Shown here in pieces: positions 9,496 through 20,438 of a stretch of DNA of 25,450 nt. The notes beneath the pieces are model-generated. The model was not told the origin of the DNA. It saw nothing but the letters and a program-made list of their open reading frames with translations, and did no database searches. The stretch spans positions 1 to 25,450 of the forward strand of contig JBHGNT010000440.1 in the NCBI GenBank assembly GCA_043228905.1, written 5' to 3'. Made by a program: the position numbers and the translations under genes. Source of the DNA: Azolla caroliniana (taxonomy: Eukaryota; Plantae; Polypodiophyta). Numbering within the stretch: position 1 is the first letter of the stretch; each line of letters starts with the position of its first letter.

Positions 9496-12400
9496 ATGGC
9501 GAGCTCGCTTCCAACAGAGAAGCTCGACAGAACCAACTACGCGTCTTGGTCCTACAAGATGCACCAGTACCTGCTCGGGCACGGCTACTAGAGTTATGTC
9601 GAAGGAGCTAATGACGCGGCACCCGAATCGACACACAGAGACTTCCCGTCGTGGGAGCAATCGGCGAGCAGGGTATTATACTGCTTCGCGTTGTGTGTGG
9701 GCGAACAACTATTGAGCTATGTTCGGGATGCAAAGACGCCGAAGGGTGCGTGGGAAAATCTGAAGAGAGATTTTCACTGCGAGCACCACAGCCAGGAAGC
9801 TTCAGCACCGACAGGAGTTGAGCAACCTACGACAACGCGACTTGTTGGTGGCGAACTATACCTCGAAGATCAAGGATATCTGTGACTCCCTCACCTCCAT
9901 AGAGGTGAACATCGAGGAGAGCGAGATGGTCCAGATCTATCTCGGAGGTTTGGCGTCGAAGTTCGGAGCGTTTCGAACGGCTGTGTGTACCTGGGAGAAT
10001 ACACCGTCCTTTTTCGACTTACAGTCAATGCTCCTGGTAGAGGAGAACCACGCAGGTGCATCTACAAGCATGCACACTGACAACAGAATGTTGTACACGG
10101 AGGGAGATAGGCCCCGTGGACGTGGAGGACGAGGCGAGTCGGCGCGCAATGGAGGCGGCCGACGAGATCAAGGAAGAAGGCACCGAAGTGATGCCGACAG
10201 CAACTCCGGACCCTCCGGAAACAGGGGGAGTCGAAGCGATGAGAACCGGCAAGGGAAGGCCATCGCATAGTGCTGGTACTGTGGCAAGAAGGGCCACAGG
10301 GAAAGTGAATGCTGGAAGAAGCGCGCCGATTCGGAGAGAACCGGTTCCGGAAACGGCTCCGGACATACCGACAAGGGAAATCGGCAGCGATCACACTACG
10401 CCGAAGACTCCGGGAGAGCCGGAGAAGGGTCAGCCTTCGCGACGAGACACGAAGCAAACTCAATGAAACAGACCACCCCGAGATCGGACGAGGTGTGGTA
10501 CGTAGACTCCGGCGCGTCAAACCACATCACGAGCCATAAGGAGTGGTTCTCGTACCTTGAAAAACCGATACAACCTGGAGTAGTCGCAACTGGAGACGAC
10601 ACTCCGCATCCGATCACGAATGTCGGAGAAGTTCCCCTTAGCCATGTCGGGCAGAAAGGGAAACTCATGAACGTGCTGCACGTTCTGACAATCACGAAGA
10701 ACTTGGTCTCGGTCGGACAGATCGTCGACCAAGGGATGGAGGTTCGGTTTACACACCTCGGGTGCTTCATTGAGGAAGAAGGCCGTGTGATTGCGCAAGG
10801 GCGCAGAGACCGGAGGATGTTCATCCTCGACTCCACTCACGGTGGCACCGCAATGTTCGCGAAGGGAAGAAAAACAGAGTCGAACATCGACTTGTGGCAC
10901 AAGCGGATAGGCCACGTCAACTACTAGCGGCTTCAAGATCTGCAATCGAAACAGGTAGTGTTCGGATTGCCCAAATTTAGTGGCCAAAAGGCACAAATTT
11001 GTGAAGCCTGCCAGCTCGGGAAGCAACACCGACTTCCTTTAAGCTCGACCTTATACACTCCGATGTGTGGGGGCCGGCACAAAACGTTAGTCTTGGCGGG
11101 AGCCGATATTTCGTCTCCTTCATCGATGACCACACGCGGCACACGTAGATCTACCTCATTGAGAGGAAGAGCGAAGTCTTCGACTGTTTCTGGGACCTCA
11201 AAGGGTTCGTGGAAACGGAAACGGGACGAAAGTTCAAGTGCCTACGGTCCGATGGCGGGAAAGAGTACTTTTCCGGTCAATTCAACGGTTATCTACAACA
11301 AATGGGAATTCGGCACGAATTCAGTTGTAGATACACGCCGGAGCAGAACGGCGTGGCCGAGAGGAAGAATCGGTCAGTTGTGGAAGCGGCACGGGCAATG
11401 CTGGAGGAGAAGAGCTTGCCCAAGTTCTACTGGGCCGAGGCGGTAAGGACCGCGGTATACATCCAGAATCGGATCGGAGACAAAGTGTCGGCGCACGAGC
11501 TATATTTCGGAACGAAGCCGAACTTACGACACTTGAGGGTGTTCGGTTGCATTGCGTACGTGCATGTACCGAAGAGAAAAGGAGGAAGCTGGACGCAAAG
11601 GCCGAGAAATGCATCTTGGTCGGTTACTCGGACGAGCAGAAGGGTTATAAGTGCTATAACCCTCACACCAAACAAGCGCGTGTTAGCCGCGACGTTGTGG
11701 TTGACGAGTCCGCGTCCTGGTACTAGCCCCCGACTCCGAACCCCGACTCCAATCCGAGTTCTGACGATGAGGTCAGCGAGGCCGAGATGTCTTCGGATGA
11801 GCCCAAAATCGAGACCCACGAAGAGAGTCCGATTTCACTCTATTTAAGTGGACCAATTGGACGATTGAGTCGGTACGACCAGTTCGATGAAGAGCTGGCG
11901 AGTAGTGGAGACTCGGCCGTGCATTCCCCACGCAGGAAGCCGAGGAGACGGCTTACGCGCGAAGAGAAAGGGAAGAAGAAGGTGTCGGATTCCGGCACGG
12001 ATAGGAACGAGTCAGACCGACGCGAGTCAGACTCCGAGGGAACCGGTGACAGGTCTTTAAAGGTGAAAACTGCGTCGACCGAGAAGGCCTCGACATCGGC
12101 TAATGTGAGATTACGCCGGTCTACCCGCCAGAAGAATGTTGTTTTGCGGTTCGGATACAACGAGTACATGGCGCATCATTATGCGTACATGACCCGTGTA
12201 GCGGAAGTGCGTGAGCCGGAGAGCTACGCAGAAGCGGCTAAAGACGCGAATTGGCGTGCCGCGATGGAGGAAGAGATGCACGCATTGGCGGAGAATGAGA
12301 CCTGGGACCTGGTTGACGCACCAAGGGTGGTAAAACTGATCGGGTGTAGGTGGGTGTACAAGGTCAAGTACAACACCGATGGCTCGGTCAACCGGTACAA

Positions 12401-13515
12401 GGCTCGGCTAGTGGCAAAGGGCTACGCGCAGAAACATGGCATTGACTACGATGAGACGTTTGCGCCGGTCGCGAAAATGATGACCGTCCGTGTTTTGCTC
12501 GCAGTAGCTGCGGTGAAGGGGTGGCACTTACATCAGATGGATGTAAAGAATGCGTTCCTGCAAGGTGACCTTGAGGAACAGGTGTACATGGTACAACCCC
12601 CCGGATTTCACTCCGGAACGAACTCCTCGGCAGTATGCCGACTGAAGAAGTCCCTTTACGGACTGAAGCAAGCCCCGCGTGCCTGGAACGCGAAGATCAC
12701 GCAACAACTACGTCGGATGGGCTTCGTCATGTCAAAATCGGACTCTTCCCTATTCATCCGGAAAGGTCGACTCAGACCGGTTAGTATTTTACTATATGTT
12801 GATGACTTGGTCATCACCGGCGTCGACAGTTGCACTGTCGAGCACCGAAGCTGAGTACCGAGGAGCGGCTGTTGCGACATGCGAAGCCATATGGTTGAAG
12901 CGGCTACTTAGGGACCTGCAAGAGGAGGTGTCAGATCCGACGACGATCTACTGTGACAACCTCACCAGCATCCAACTCGCGAAAAACCCCGTTTTCCACG
13001 CACGGACCAAGCACATTGAGGTGCACTACCATTTCGTCCGTGAGCGTGTCCTTTCCGGTGAAATCAAACTTCAGTACATGCCGACGGATCGGCAGACTGC
13101 CGACATCTTCACCAAGCCTCTTGGTCTGGACAAGTTGCGGCAATTCTCAGGTGCGCTTGGATTGCGTCACCTCGACGTGCCAAACTTGAGGGGGAGAACA
13201 GTCCCGAATGACCAAGACTGCGACACCGAGTCGGTTGACTCGGTTGTCGAGTTCGACTTCGGATCGACTGAAGAAACCGAGGGCGGACCAGCGGAAAAGT
13301 CCGGAAGCGGACAAAAGGGGAACCGCCGAAGGAGAGAGCCGAAGCCAACCACACATGGAGAAGATGACGCCATCGAGGGCGAGAAGACCAAAGACAAGTT
13401 GGAGACAACCAAGTCGGACGAGAGCGAAAACCGATCGGAGGTAGCCGAGTCGGTTCGGATGTTTGATTCAGATACGTTGAATCAACCGAGGCCCAAACGG
13501 AAGAAAAGGCAGTAG
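9496..13515 (+). pseudogene. gag-pol: Copia D gag-pol polyprotein, disrupted by stops, frameshifts and deletions near 11040 and 12827
   Basis: MASSLPTEKLDRTNYASWSYKM start; CWYCGKKGHRESEC knuckle; WYVDSGAS protease; LWHKRIGH/CEAC; LRSDGGKEY, PEQNGVAERKN; RT YKARLVAKGY...YVDD; RNase H ALSSTEAEY...HIEVHYHFVRE...ADIFTK. Confidence 0.93.
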
Positions 13516-13689
13516 GAGAAGCGTCAACACCACAACAGCAGAAGAGCTGATAAGGGCCACATGAACAAACAAGCTGACCGGAAGGGTTGAAGCGCGCAGA
13601 GTTGAACAGGTCGTGGAGCGCGAGCGAGGCGTGAAGCCAGGAGGAACCGAAGCTGTGAGCCCGAAGATCCCGAAGAGCCTCAAGTTGAG

Positions 13690-13701
13690 CTTGAGGGGGA
13701 G
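13690..13701 (+). promoter_or_regulatory. Polypurine tract of Copia D
   Basis: CTTGAGGGGGAG immediately before the 3' LTR start TGTTGAG. Confidence 0.9.
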
Positions 13702-14060
13702 TGTTGAGAGACAAGCTCAACATCGGCCGGATCGGCTGAAGAAGCCGAGGACCGGATCGGTTGGGACCAATCGGTTAGGCCGAATGCGTAAACCGGTACG
13801 CAGACCGGTGCGTAGGTAGGGCCAGATCGGTGTGTAAACCGTGAGGCCATTAGGAAAGATATTCCGTGAGGAATATATTTGGGAGTTAGTGTAGGAGCTC
13901 TTAATGAGCATTGAAGTACTGTCAGTCCTTCTAGGACTTGTATAAAAGTGGTGTTCATTGAACACACATATGTATAGTGTGGTGAATAGAGATTGAGTAC
14001 TGCTGTTGAATATAGTTCTTGTGTTCTCTCTCTCTCTCACTGTCTCTGTCTCTCTCGCGT
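13702..14060 (+). repeat. 3' LTR of Copia D, left part (interrupted by G2)
   Basis: Matches 8955 to about 9322. Confidence 0.97.
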
Positions 14061-14789
14061 TGTCGTGCCTTTCGGCTCCGGATCGTTGCGTGAGTCGGGT
14101 AGGAACCGCCGAGGTTTTGGACTAGGAGGAAGAAAAATACAAATAAGGCTAGTAAAGAATAGGTATAAAGAGTTATAAGATAAGAATCTCATGAATCCCA
14201 CGAGTTTAGTATATTTAGTCAATATTTAGGTAGTAAGAGAGAATTAGTTTAGCAAATTTGTGAATCCCACAAATATTTTAGATTGATTGATCATTATAGA
14301 AAAATAATCAACAAAAACTACAATGTGCTCCCCATCCTTATATAGTGATCGGAGAGACTAAGCATAGCTACATGCTTTTTTTTTTCTAATATGTTCATGC
14401 ACACTAAATGTGCATGTGATGCTTTTCTAATCCTTGCTTTTATTTGCTAAATATAGTGCTCATGCACGCTAGATGTGCATGAGTCACTTTTTAGTTGCTT
14501 GCGTTTTACTATAAAATATTCACGCACTCTAAAAATACATGATTTACCTTTTAATAAAGGTAGGCGCAAATAAAGCACTTATAGTTATTAAATCTATTTG
14601 TAGAACACTAAAGATAAGGTAGCATAATGGTAAAGTTGAGGTTTGGCTACATGGAGGTACAAGGTTCGAATCTTGCCCTATGCACGTGATAAATGTTTTG
14701 ATATATTATTTATTTATTTATTGATATGTATCTAAAATCGGATATATTATTTTATGGTTTTCACGTAGTGTGTGGAATACACTACGACA
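14061..14789 (-). repeat. 3' LTR of G2 (729 bp)
   Basis: TGTCGT...ACGACA termini; near-identical to 20461-21186; TATA CTATATAAGG at 14336-14345 (minus). Confidence 0.97.
14613..14684 (+). other. tRNA-like A-box/B-box cassette in the G2 3' LTR, antisense to the element
   Basis: TAGCATAATGGTA (14620) and GGTTCGAATC (14663) with tRNA-like spacing and partial acceptor-stem and T-stem pairing. Confidence 0.65.
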
Positions 14790-17700
14790 CTCGCCCCCTC
14801 TGAACCCGCACATCCTCCGGTATGTGCCGAAGTTCTCGATTCCTCATATCCGTCTTCACCCAAAGCTTCCTCCGATTCTCCCCTTATATCGACTATGAGT
14901 TGTAATTCACTTTCTTTGCTTCCCACATCACCGTGGTCTTCGTCCGATTGCTCCTCGTTGTTGGCCTTGGCTTGGATCACATAGGGTTTGTCGTCGGTCC
15001 GCTTCTTGAAAATCTTCACCCGCTTCCCGGCTATAGGCACTCGTAGTATTGTTCCATCCAACTCGGACAGTCGGTACGTTCCATTGTCGAAGACTTTCCG
15101 AACCTCGTATGGCCTGAACCACCTTTTCGCGAATTTCCGCATCGTTGTATGTTGATGGTCCAAACTACTGTCATAGACGATCACCCAATCCCCTTCTTCA
15201 ATCCTCCTTGGTCGTAGTCGGTGCTTTGTGTCGAACCAGCTTTTGTTTCGGAATCGTGCTTCTTGTTGTCGGCGTATTGCTTATGCTATGTCTGCCGGTC
15301 TTCCCTCTAGTTGTCGTATCCGGACCGCTAGTAGTTCTTCCCGGCTCATCTCTTCCTTCCATGGTAGCACTGTCCATGTTGTGATCGTAGTTTCCGTCGG
15401 CATTACCGATGCTTGTCCGGTCATGAGTTCTGCCGGCATGTAACCGGTTACGGAGCTATGCGTCGTCCGATCCGCCCATAGTGCATACGGAAGCATCTGC
15501 GGCCAGTCCTTCACCTTTCCATCGTATGCCATCGCAAGTGCTTTCACAATCGGACTATGTCCTCGTTCGATTTTCCTGTTGGCCTCCGGATTGTATGCCG
15601 TTGTCAGCGATAACCGAACTCCGTGTTTGGCGAAGAATCCCCTAGCTTTGTCCGAGTCGAGTTCTCCCCGGTCCGCAATCACTTGTCCTACGCACCCGTA
15701 CCTGCAAAATACTTCCTCCAAAAGAAATTGGCATACCGCGGAACACGTTTTCCTCTGAAGCGCTCGACCTTCTATTTGATTCGTGAGATCTTCTCGAGCT
15801 AATACCAAGTATTTCTTTTGTCCGATCCCGGTCGGCATGGCCACTATGTCGACCATCCACTTGAAGTTGATTGTCGGTGAGAATGTCGGATGTAACTCAT
15901 CTCGATGTCGAACCCCGGAGTAGACTTGACATTTCTTGCAGCTTTCCGTGAACTCCGCGACATCTTTGTACATTTTCTTCCACCAATATTTTTGCTTGAT
16001 CTTCACAAATGTTGCCCATGTTCCTCGGTGTCCAGCCCAATCGGATTCGTGAAACTCGGACATTATCCGGTTTCGTTGCTCTTTTGTCCCGACTACTCGA
16101 AGTGGTATACCATCCGGTCTTTTCGGCGCCCTCCATATTAATCTGTTTTCCAAGAAGAACTTTTGGACTTGCCTCTTCTTCCTTCGGATCTCGGCTCTTC
16201 TTCCTTTATCGTTTGTTGAATCCTCGGCCTCTTGTAACATCTTTCCGATCATCAAGCTTTCTTCCTCGTATTCTTCTTCCCGGAATTCTCGGATTACGTT
16301 CACTCGGCATATGTGCTCCGACGCGAAGTAGTCTTCGGAAACTTCTTCATTATCCGATTCGGTTATGTCGTCTCCGAACCGAGCCCTTGATAACATATCC
16401 GCTACCGCGTTGTCCTTCCCCGAGATGTGTCGAACTTCCGGATTAAGCGACTTGACATATGCAACCCACCTTAGCATAGCTACATCCGATATCGTACAAC
16501 ACCGCATCATCCCGAGTATCGGAAGACAATCCGTCTCGATCACCACTTCGGCTCCGATCAAATAATCCCGATCCGATTTTATCGCCGACACGACTCCCCA
16601 CAGTTCTCTTTTGACTTGTGCATATCCACGTTGCCTTTCGTTGAGAACCTTTGCTCCGAATCGGATTGGATACCGCGAACCATCCGAGTCGGCTTGATTG
16701 ATGACCCACCCGATACCAGTTGGACTTGTATCAACCGTTACTATGATTGGTCGGTCGTAGCTTGGCTTCTTAAGTGCTTCCGCCCTCCGAAGTGTCTTCT
16801 TCAATTTCTTCAGGGCTTTGGTGTGTTCCGGTTTCCATTTGAATTTCTTACCTTTCCGCAACAAGTGGTAGAGCGGGTCCGCTATATGTGCATAATGCGG
16901 AATCCATATGTGATAGAATGCACATGCACCGAGAAACCTTCGGACCTCGGATGTTGACTCGCATATTTCTTCCATAGCTTGAATCGCATCGATCTTTGTT
17001 GGTGACGGTCTTCGGCCGTAGGGCCCACATAGATGTCCGACCACCAATATTTCTTCTTGGCCGAATGCCGATTTCTCCCCGGAAAGTGTTAGGTGCACAT
17101 CTTCTAGCTTTCGCAACACTTTCTCACAATCATGAATATGGTCGACCACAAACTTTCGGCATCCCCGATCATCCATAGTCTCATCTTTTTCTTCTACCGC
17201 ACATCCTTTCATCGAAATGTCATCGAGGAACGGCATCATTATCTCCGGAATGCAGTCTCGAAGCACCTTGTTCATCGCGTTCATCATATGAGCAACCGAG
17301 TTTGTCGCTCCTTGTGGTAGTGTGCACATTCGGACTAATCCTATCGGTGTTCGCATGGTTGTGATGTCTCGGCTCTCCACGACTAGTTGGAATTGGTCAT
17401 ACCCCGAGTATAGGTCTCCGATGGAGTATATCGCACGACCGGCAAAAGCTTCCGCAAATTCGTCCACTATCGGACCGACTCCCGAGTTCCGGATCGTGAC
17501 CTTATTCACTGGTTGTAAGTCTTGGATAAATCGGAGTGACCCATTCTTCTTCGGAACCGTAAACCATCGATTTGAGTACGGATCAGTTGATGGCTCTAGA
17601 ATCCCCATCGCCACCTTCTCCTTGAGCAAGTCAACGACTTTCGGAATATGCGCTCATGGCACCGGAATCGGCTTCAGGTTCCACAATACATGGTCAATCG

Positions 17701-18382
17701 TGAAGATCACCATCGGCTCCACTATTCTCGGATCGACGCACCCTATCTCCCTTGATGTAAATGCAAACGCTTTGCCGTGTTGCTCCAACATCTCGCGAAA
17801 CCGTTCTTCTTCTTTTTGTAATAGGAACCCACCTCCACCGATCCGAAGTTTCTTCCAGGTCTCATCCGTGAAGGCATGTCCGATATCCACGGACTTCCGA
17901 AGTGTCGGATCTCCCGAGACTTCTTTCCTCTTTTGTTCGCTATCGGCGGGTAGTGGTTCTGCGGCCGGTTTCACCTTCTTCTCCACGGTCTTGTATTTCG
18001 TACTTACCATTGCTTCTTCTTTGCGGAGCGTATCCGGCTCCATTTTCACAATGATCTCGTACATCTCGACCGATTCCACCGGGACTACCCGGTTCCCTTG
18101 GCTTTTATCTTCCGCAAGCTCTTCAAGTCGTTGTAGCGTGCTCCCATAGAACACTTCTTCGACTATCCCCACGATTTCTTCATCTTCTTTTATTATCGAT
18201 GCCGACCGCAACTTATCCTCCACTTGTCTGTATCCTTTCTTCAATCCTCCGGTTACGGTCGTGTACGTAGATGCCCCATCCGGACCGATTCGTACATGTT
18301 TTACTCCGAGAGTTTTCTTCCTGTGTGGGGTATCAGGGCTTCTCGGACTATCACTTCCCCACTCTGCAACAGTCCGCTTTAA
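14747..18382 (-). pseudogene. pol: G2 ORF2, pol (RT, RNase H, integrase), a single frame with two in-frame stops (17654 and 15281)
   Basis: ORFs 17654-18244, 15281-17629 and 14747-15184 share one frame, which is open up to the slippery site. Motifs: FLDD, VTVDTSPTGIGW, H...H/CKKC, VD..D..E core. Confidence 0.93.
14790..14802 (-). promoter_or_regulatory. Polypurine tract of G2
   Basis: CAGAGGGGGCGAG on the minus strand, immediately before the LTR start TGTCGTAG. Confidence 0.85.
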
Positions 18383-18388
18383 AAATCC
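18325..18388 (-). promoter_or_regulatory. Predicted -1 ribosomal frameshift signal (G_GAU_UUU plus H-type pseudoknot), G2
   Basis: Slippery site 18388-18382; stem 1 18376-18366/18354-18344; stem 2 18362-18357/18330-18325. Confidence 0.82.
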
Positions 18389-20421
18389 ATTCTCACTTGG
18401 GACAAGAGTTCCTTCTTGTTCCTTTCGTGATTTGCTGGCACAGTTAGGAATTGGACGGATTTCCCACCGTTTTGGCTCCGAATTCGCGCAAAAGCCGCAC
18501 CGCTATTGAGCACCTTCGTCTCCATCTGTGATGCCGTTATAAAGGGTTGGCCGAGGATGACGGAATGTGAAACCTCATCTTGCACGAAGAAATTTTGGTC
18601 GATTTCGACATCCCAGATCTTCACCGTCACATCAGGACAAGCCGCAAATAGATCTTCCGTTGCTTTGGTGGCCGCCCGAATCTTCCATCCATGGTTGGTG
18701 TTAATAGGCCACTTCCCCTTCCGGTAGAACTCCTTGGACATCAAGTTGATCTCCGATCCGTGATCAATCAATGCTAGCACGGGTTCTTTGATGTTGCCGA
18801 TTCGGACCGGAGTCTCCGTAGTCGCCCGTGCCCAATGTGGCTTTGTATAGTGGGAGTTCGGAATTTCGTCCTCCACTTCGGTGTCGTTCATTAAAACGGT
18901 GTTCGCATTCACCCTTGGAGCATTTTCCTCCGTACTTTGTCTTTTTCGCTTCACGAGATCCACGAGAAGATCGTGGAACTCCTTCTTTGTTATTCCGAGT
19001 AGCTCCCGAAGCGAGAAATCTACCTGGCTATCCAAGATCCTTTCTTCGAACACTCTTTTCAAGTCAGTTTGTTGTTCTATGTCCGAGGCGTGCTTGAATG
19101 CCGGAGTTGCCTTTTCTTTTCCCTTACCTCCGGAGTCCCAGCTTTCCGGTATCTTCGATGGCCCGTCCGCATCCTCCGTGCGTCGTCGTTTCTCGTCCAC
19201 ATACACCTTATGCAATTGACACAGGGCGTATACGCTATTCTTGTCGACAGGGCACTCCCATCCCGTAGCTTCCCGGATGCCTTCCGCGGTGCTTCGGATC
19301 TCGTTGGAGTCGGTTTTCTCTGTGTTTTCTAGAACTTCTGGCCAAAAAGATGTCTTTGCTCTCGATGACTCCCTGACACATATTCCCGCGGTTGTCGCAT
19401 AGTTGCTTCTTCCCGCCAATTCCTCCTCGAGCACCTTCTTCATGCCGCCTTTCCGGAAGTTCTGTCGGAGTGGCTTCTGAGAGTCCATCGAATGAATCCG
19501 GTTTCCCTCGTAGTAGATGAGATCCCGCCGTAGCGCCTCCTTATGCTCGTCGCAATCCCTCCGATCGTGTTCGGCGCTATCGCACCATATGCATCGTCGG
19601 TCCGTATACTTGGAGCTTGTGGGGCGGTCATCCGACTTCTTCACCATCGCGATCTTTAGATTCTCCATCTCCTTCAATAGTTGCTCCACCGTAGATGCAT
19701 CAATCCCCTTCTCGGTTGTAGTCTCCCGAGCCCGAGGTTGATGGTCTTCCAATCCGGTTCTAGGTTTCGGAATCGGTTCCAAAGCCCTCTTTTCCTCGTT
19801 GGCAAGCCATTGCCCCCTCTTCGTGTATCGCGCGACGATATCCCGCACACTTTCCCATGTTTCGGTGAGGCCACTCTCCGTGGTCGTGTCCTCCAAGAGC
19901 ACTCCGAGATCTTTCCGGTCCCGGACATCCACGGCTCGCAAGAACATGATCACCTTGTCCGGTACGAGGATAGCTTGATCTCTCGCGGACAACCTCCCGA
20001 ACCGGCTTTCGAATGCCGAAAACACATCAACGACCTTCAATCCCTTGTCCGGCGTCTCCACCCAATCTTCGAATCCCCTTCGTGTCGCCTTGGAGGAATC
20101 CTCGATGGCGAACGTCCTCTTTAGCTCTACTTCAAACGCCTCCCATGTCGGATTTTGCTGTCGTAGCCCATGGATGCTTGCTTGAAGCCCGTAAGTCGCC
20201 ACCCGGTTGAAGGACGTCACTTGCAGTCCTTCCGATATTCCGCACCGTAGCATCTCCGCCTTGTAGTCCCGAAGATACCGCGACACGTCTTTCCCGTCGA
20301 ATTGTCCGTTTCGTTGCACGAGCCGCTCCACTGATGCCGCTATCTCCGACATCGCGCGTTGTTCTTGTAGCATGCGCTCGAACATCATCATCATGTTGCT
20401 AGCCTCCGGTTGATTTTCCAT
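18379..20421 (-). CDS. gag: G2 ORF1, Gag-protease, intact 680 aa
   Basis: FDGKDVSRYL Gag start, CIWCDSAEHDRRDC knuckle, LALIDHGSEINL...VILGQPF protease; the ATG is 17 nt after the PBS. Confidence 0.93.
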   Translation of the reverse strand: MENQPEASNMMMMFERMLQEQRAMSEIAASVERLVQRNGQFDGKDVSRYLRDYKAEMLRCGISEGLQVTSFNRVATYGLQASIHGLRQQNPTWEAFEVELKRTFAIEDSSKATRRGFEDWVETPDKGLKVVDVFSAFESRFGRLSARDQAILVPDKVIMFLRAVDVRDRKDLGVLLEDTTTESGLTETWESVRDIVARYTKRGQWLANEEKRALEPIPKPRTGLEDHQPRARETTTEKGIDASTVEQLLKEMENLKIAMVKKSDDRPTSSKYTDRRCIWCDSAEHDRRDCDEHKEALRRDLIYYEGNRIHSMDSQKPLRQNFRKGGMKKVLEEELAGRSNYATTAGICVRESSRAKTSFWPEVLENTEKTDSNEIRSTAEGIREATGWECPVDKNSVYALCQLHKVYVDEKRRRTEDADGPSKIPESWDSGGKGKEKATPAFKHASDIEQQTDLKRVFEERILDSQVDFSLRELLGITKKEFHDLLVDLVKRKRQSTEENAPRVNANTVLMNDTEVEDEIPNSHYTKPHWARATTETPVRIGNIKEPVLALIDHGSEINLMSKEFYRKGKWPINTNHGWKIRAATKATEDLFAACPDVTVKIWDVEIDQNFFVQDEVSHSVILGQPFITASQMETKVLNSGAAFARIRSQNGGKSVQFLTVPANHERNKKELLSQVRMDF

Positions 20422-20438
20422 CTCCTTGCCACCCGGTC

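Noticed and set aside
13200-13700. env-like ORF in Copia D
   Set aside because: The region is short, highly charged and in frame with pol, with no hydrophobic transmembrane segment.
14613-14684. Functional tRNA gene
   Set aside because: The D and anticodon stems do not pair convincingly. It is kept only as a tRNA-like promoter relic.
787-20210. Many short antisense or alternative-frame ORFs (e.g. 13109-13723, 17322-18149, 3668-4195)
   Set aside because: They are shadows of GC-rich retroelement coding sequence with no recognisable motifs.
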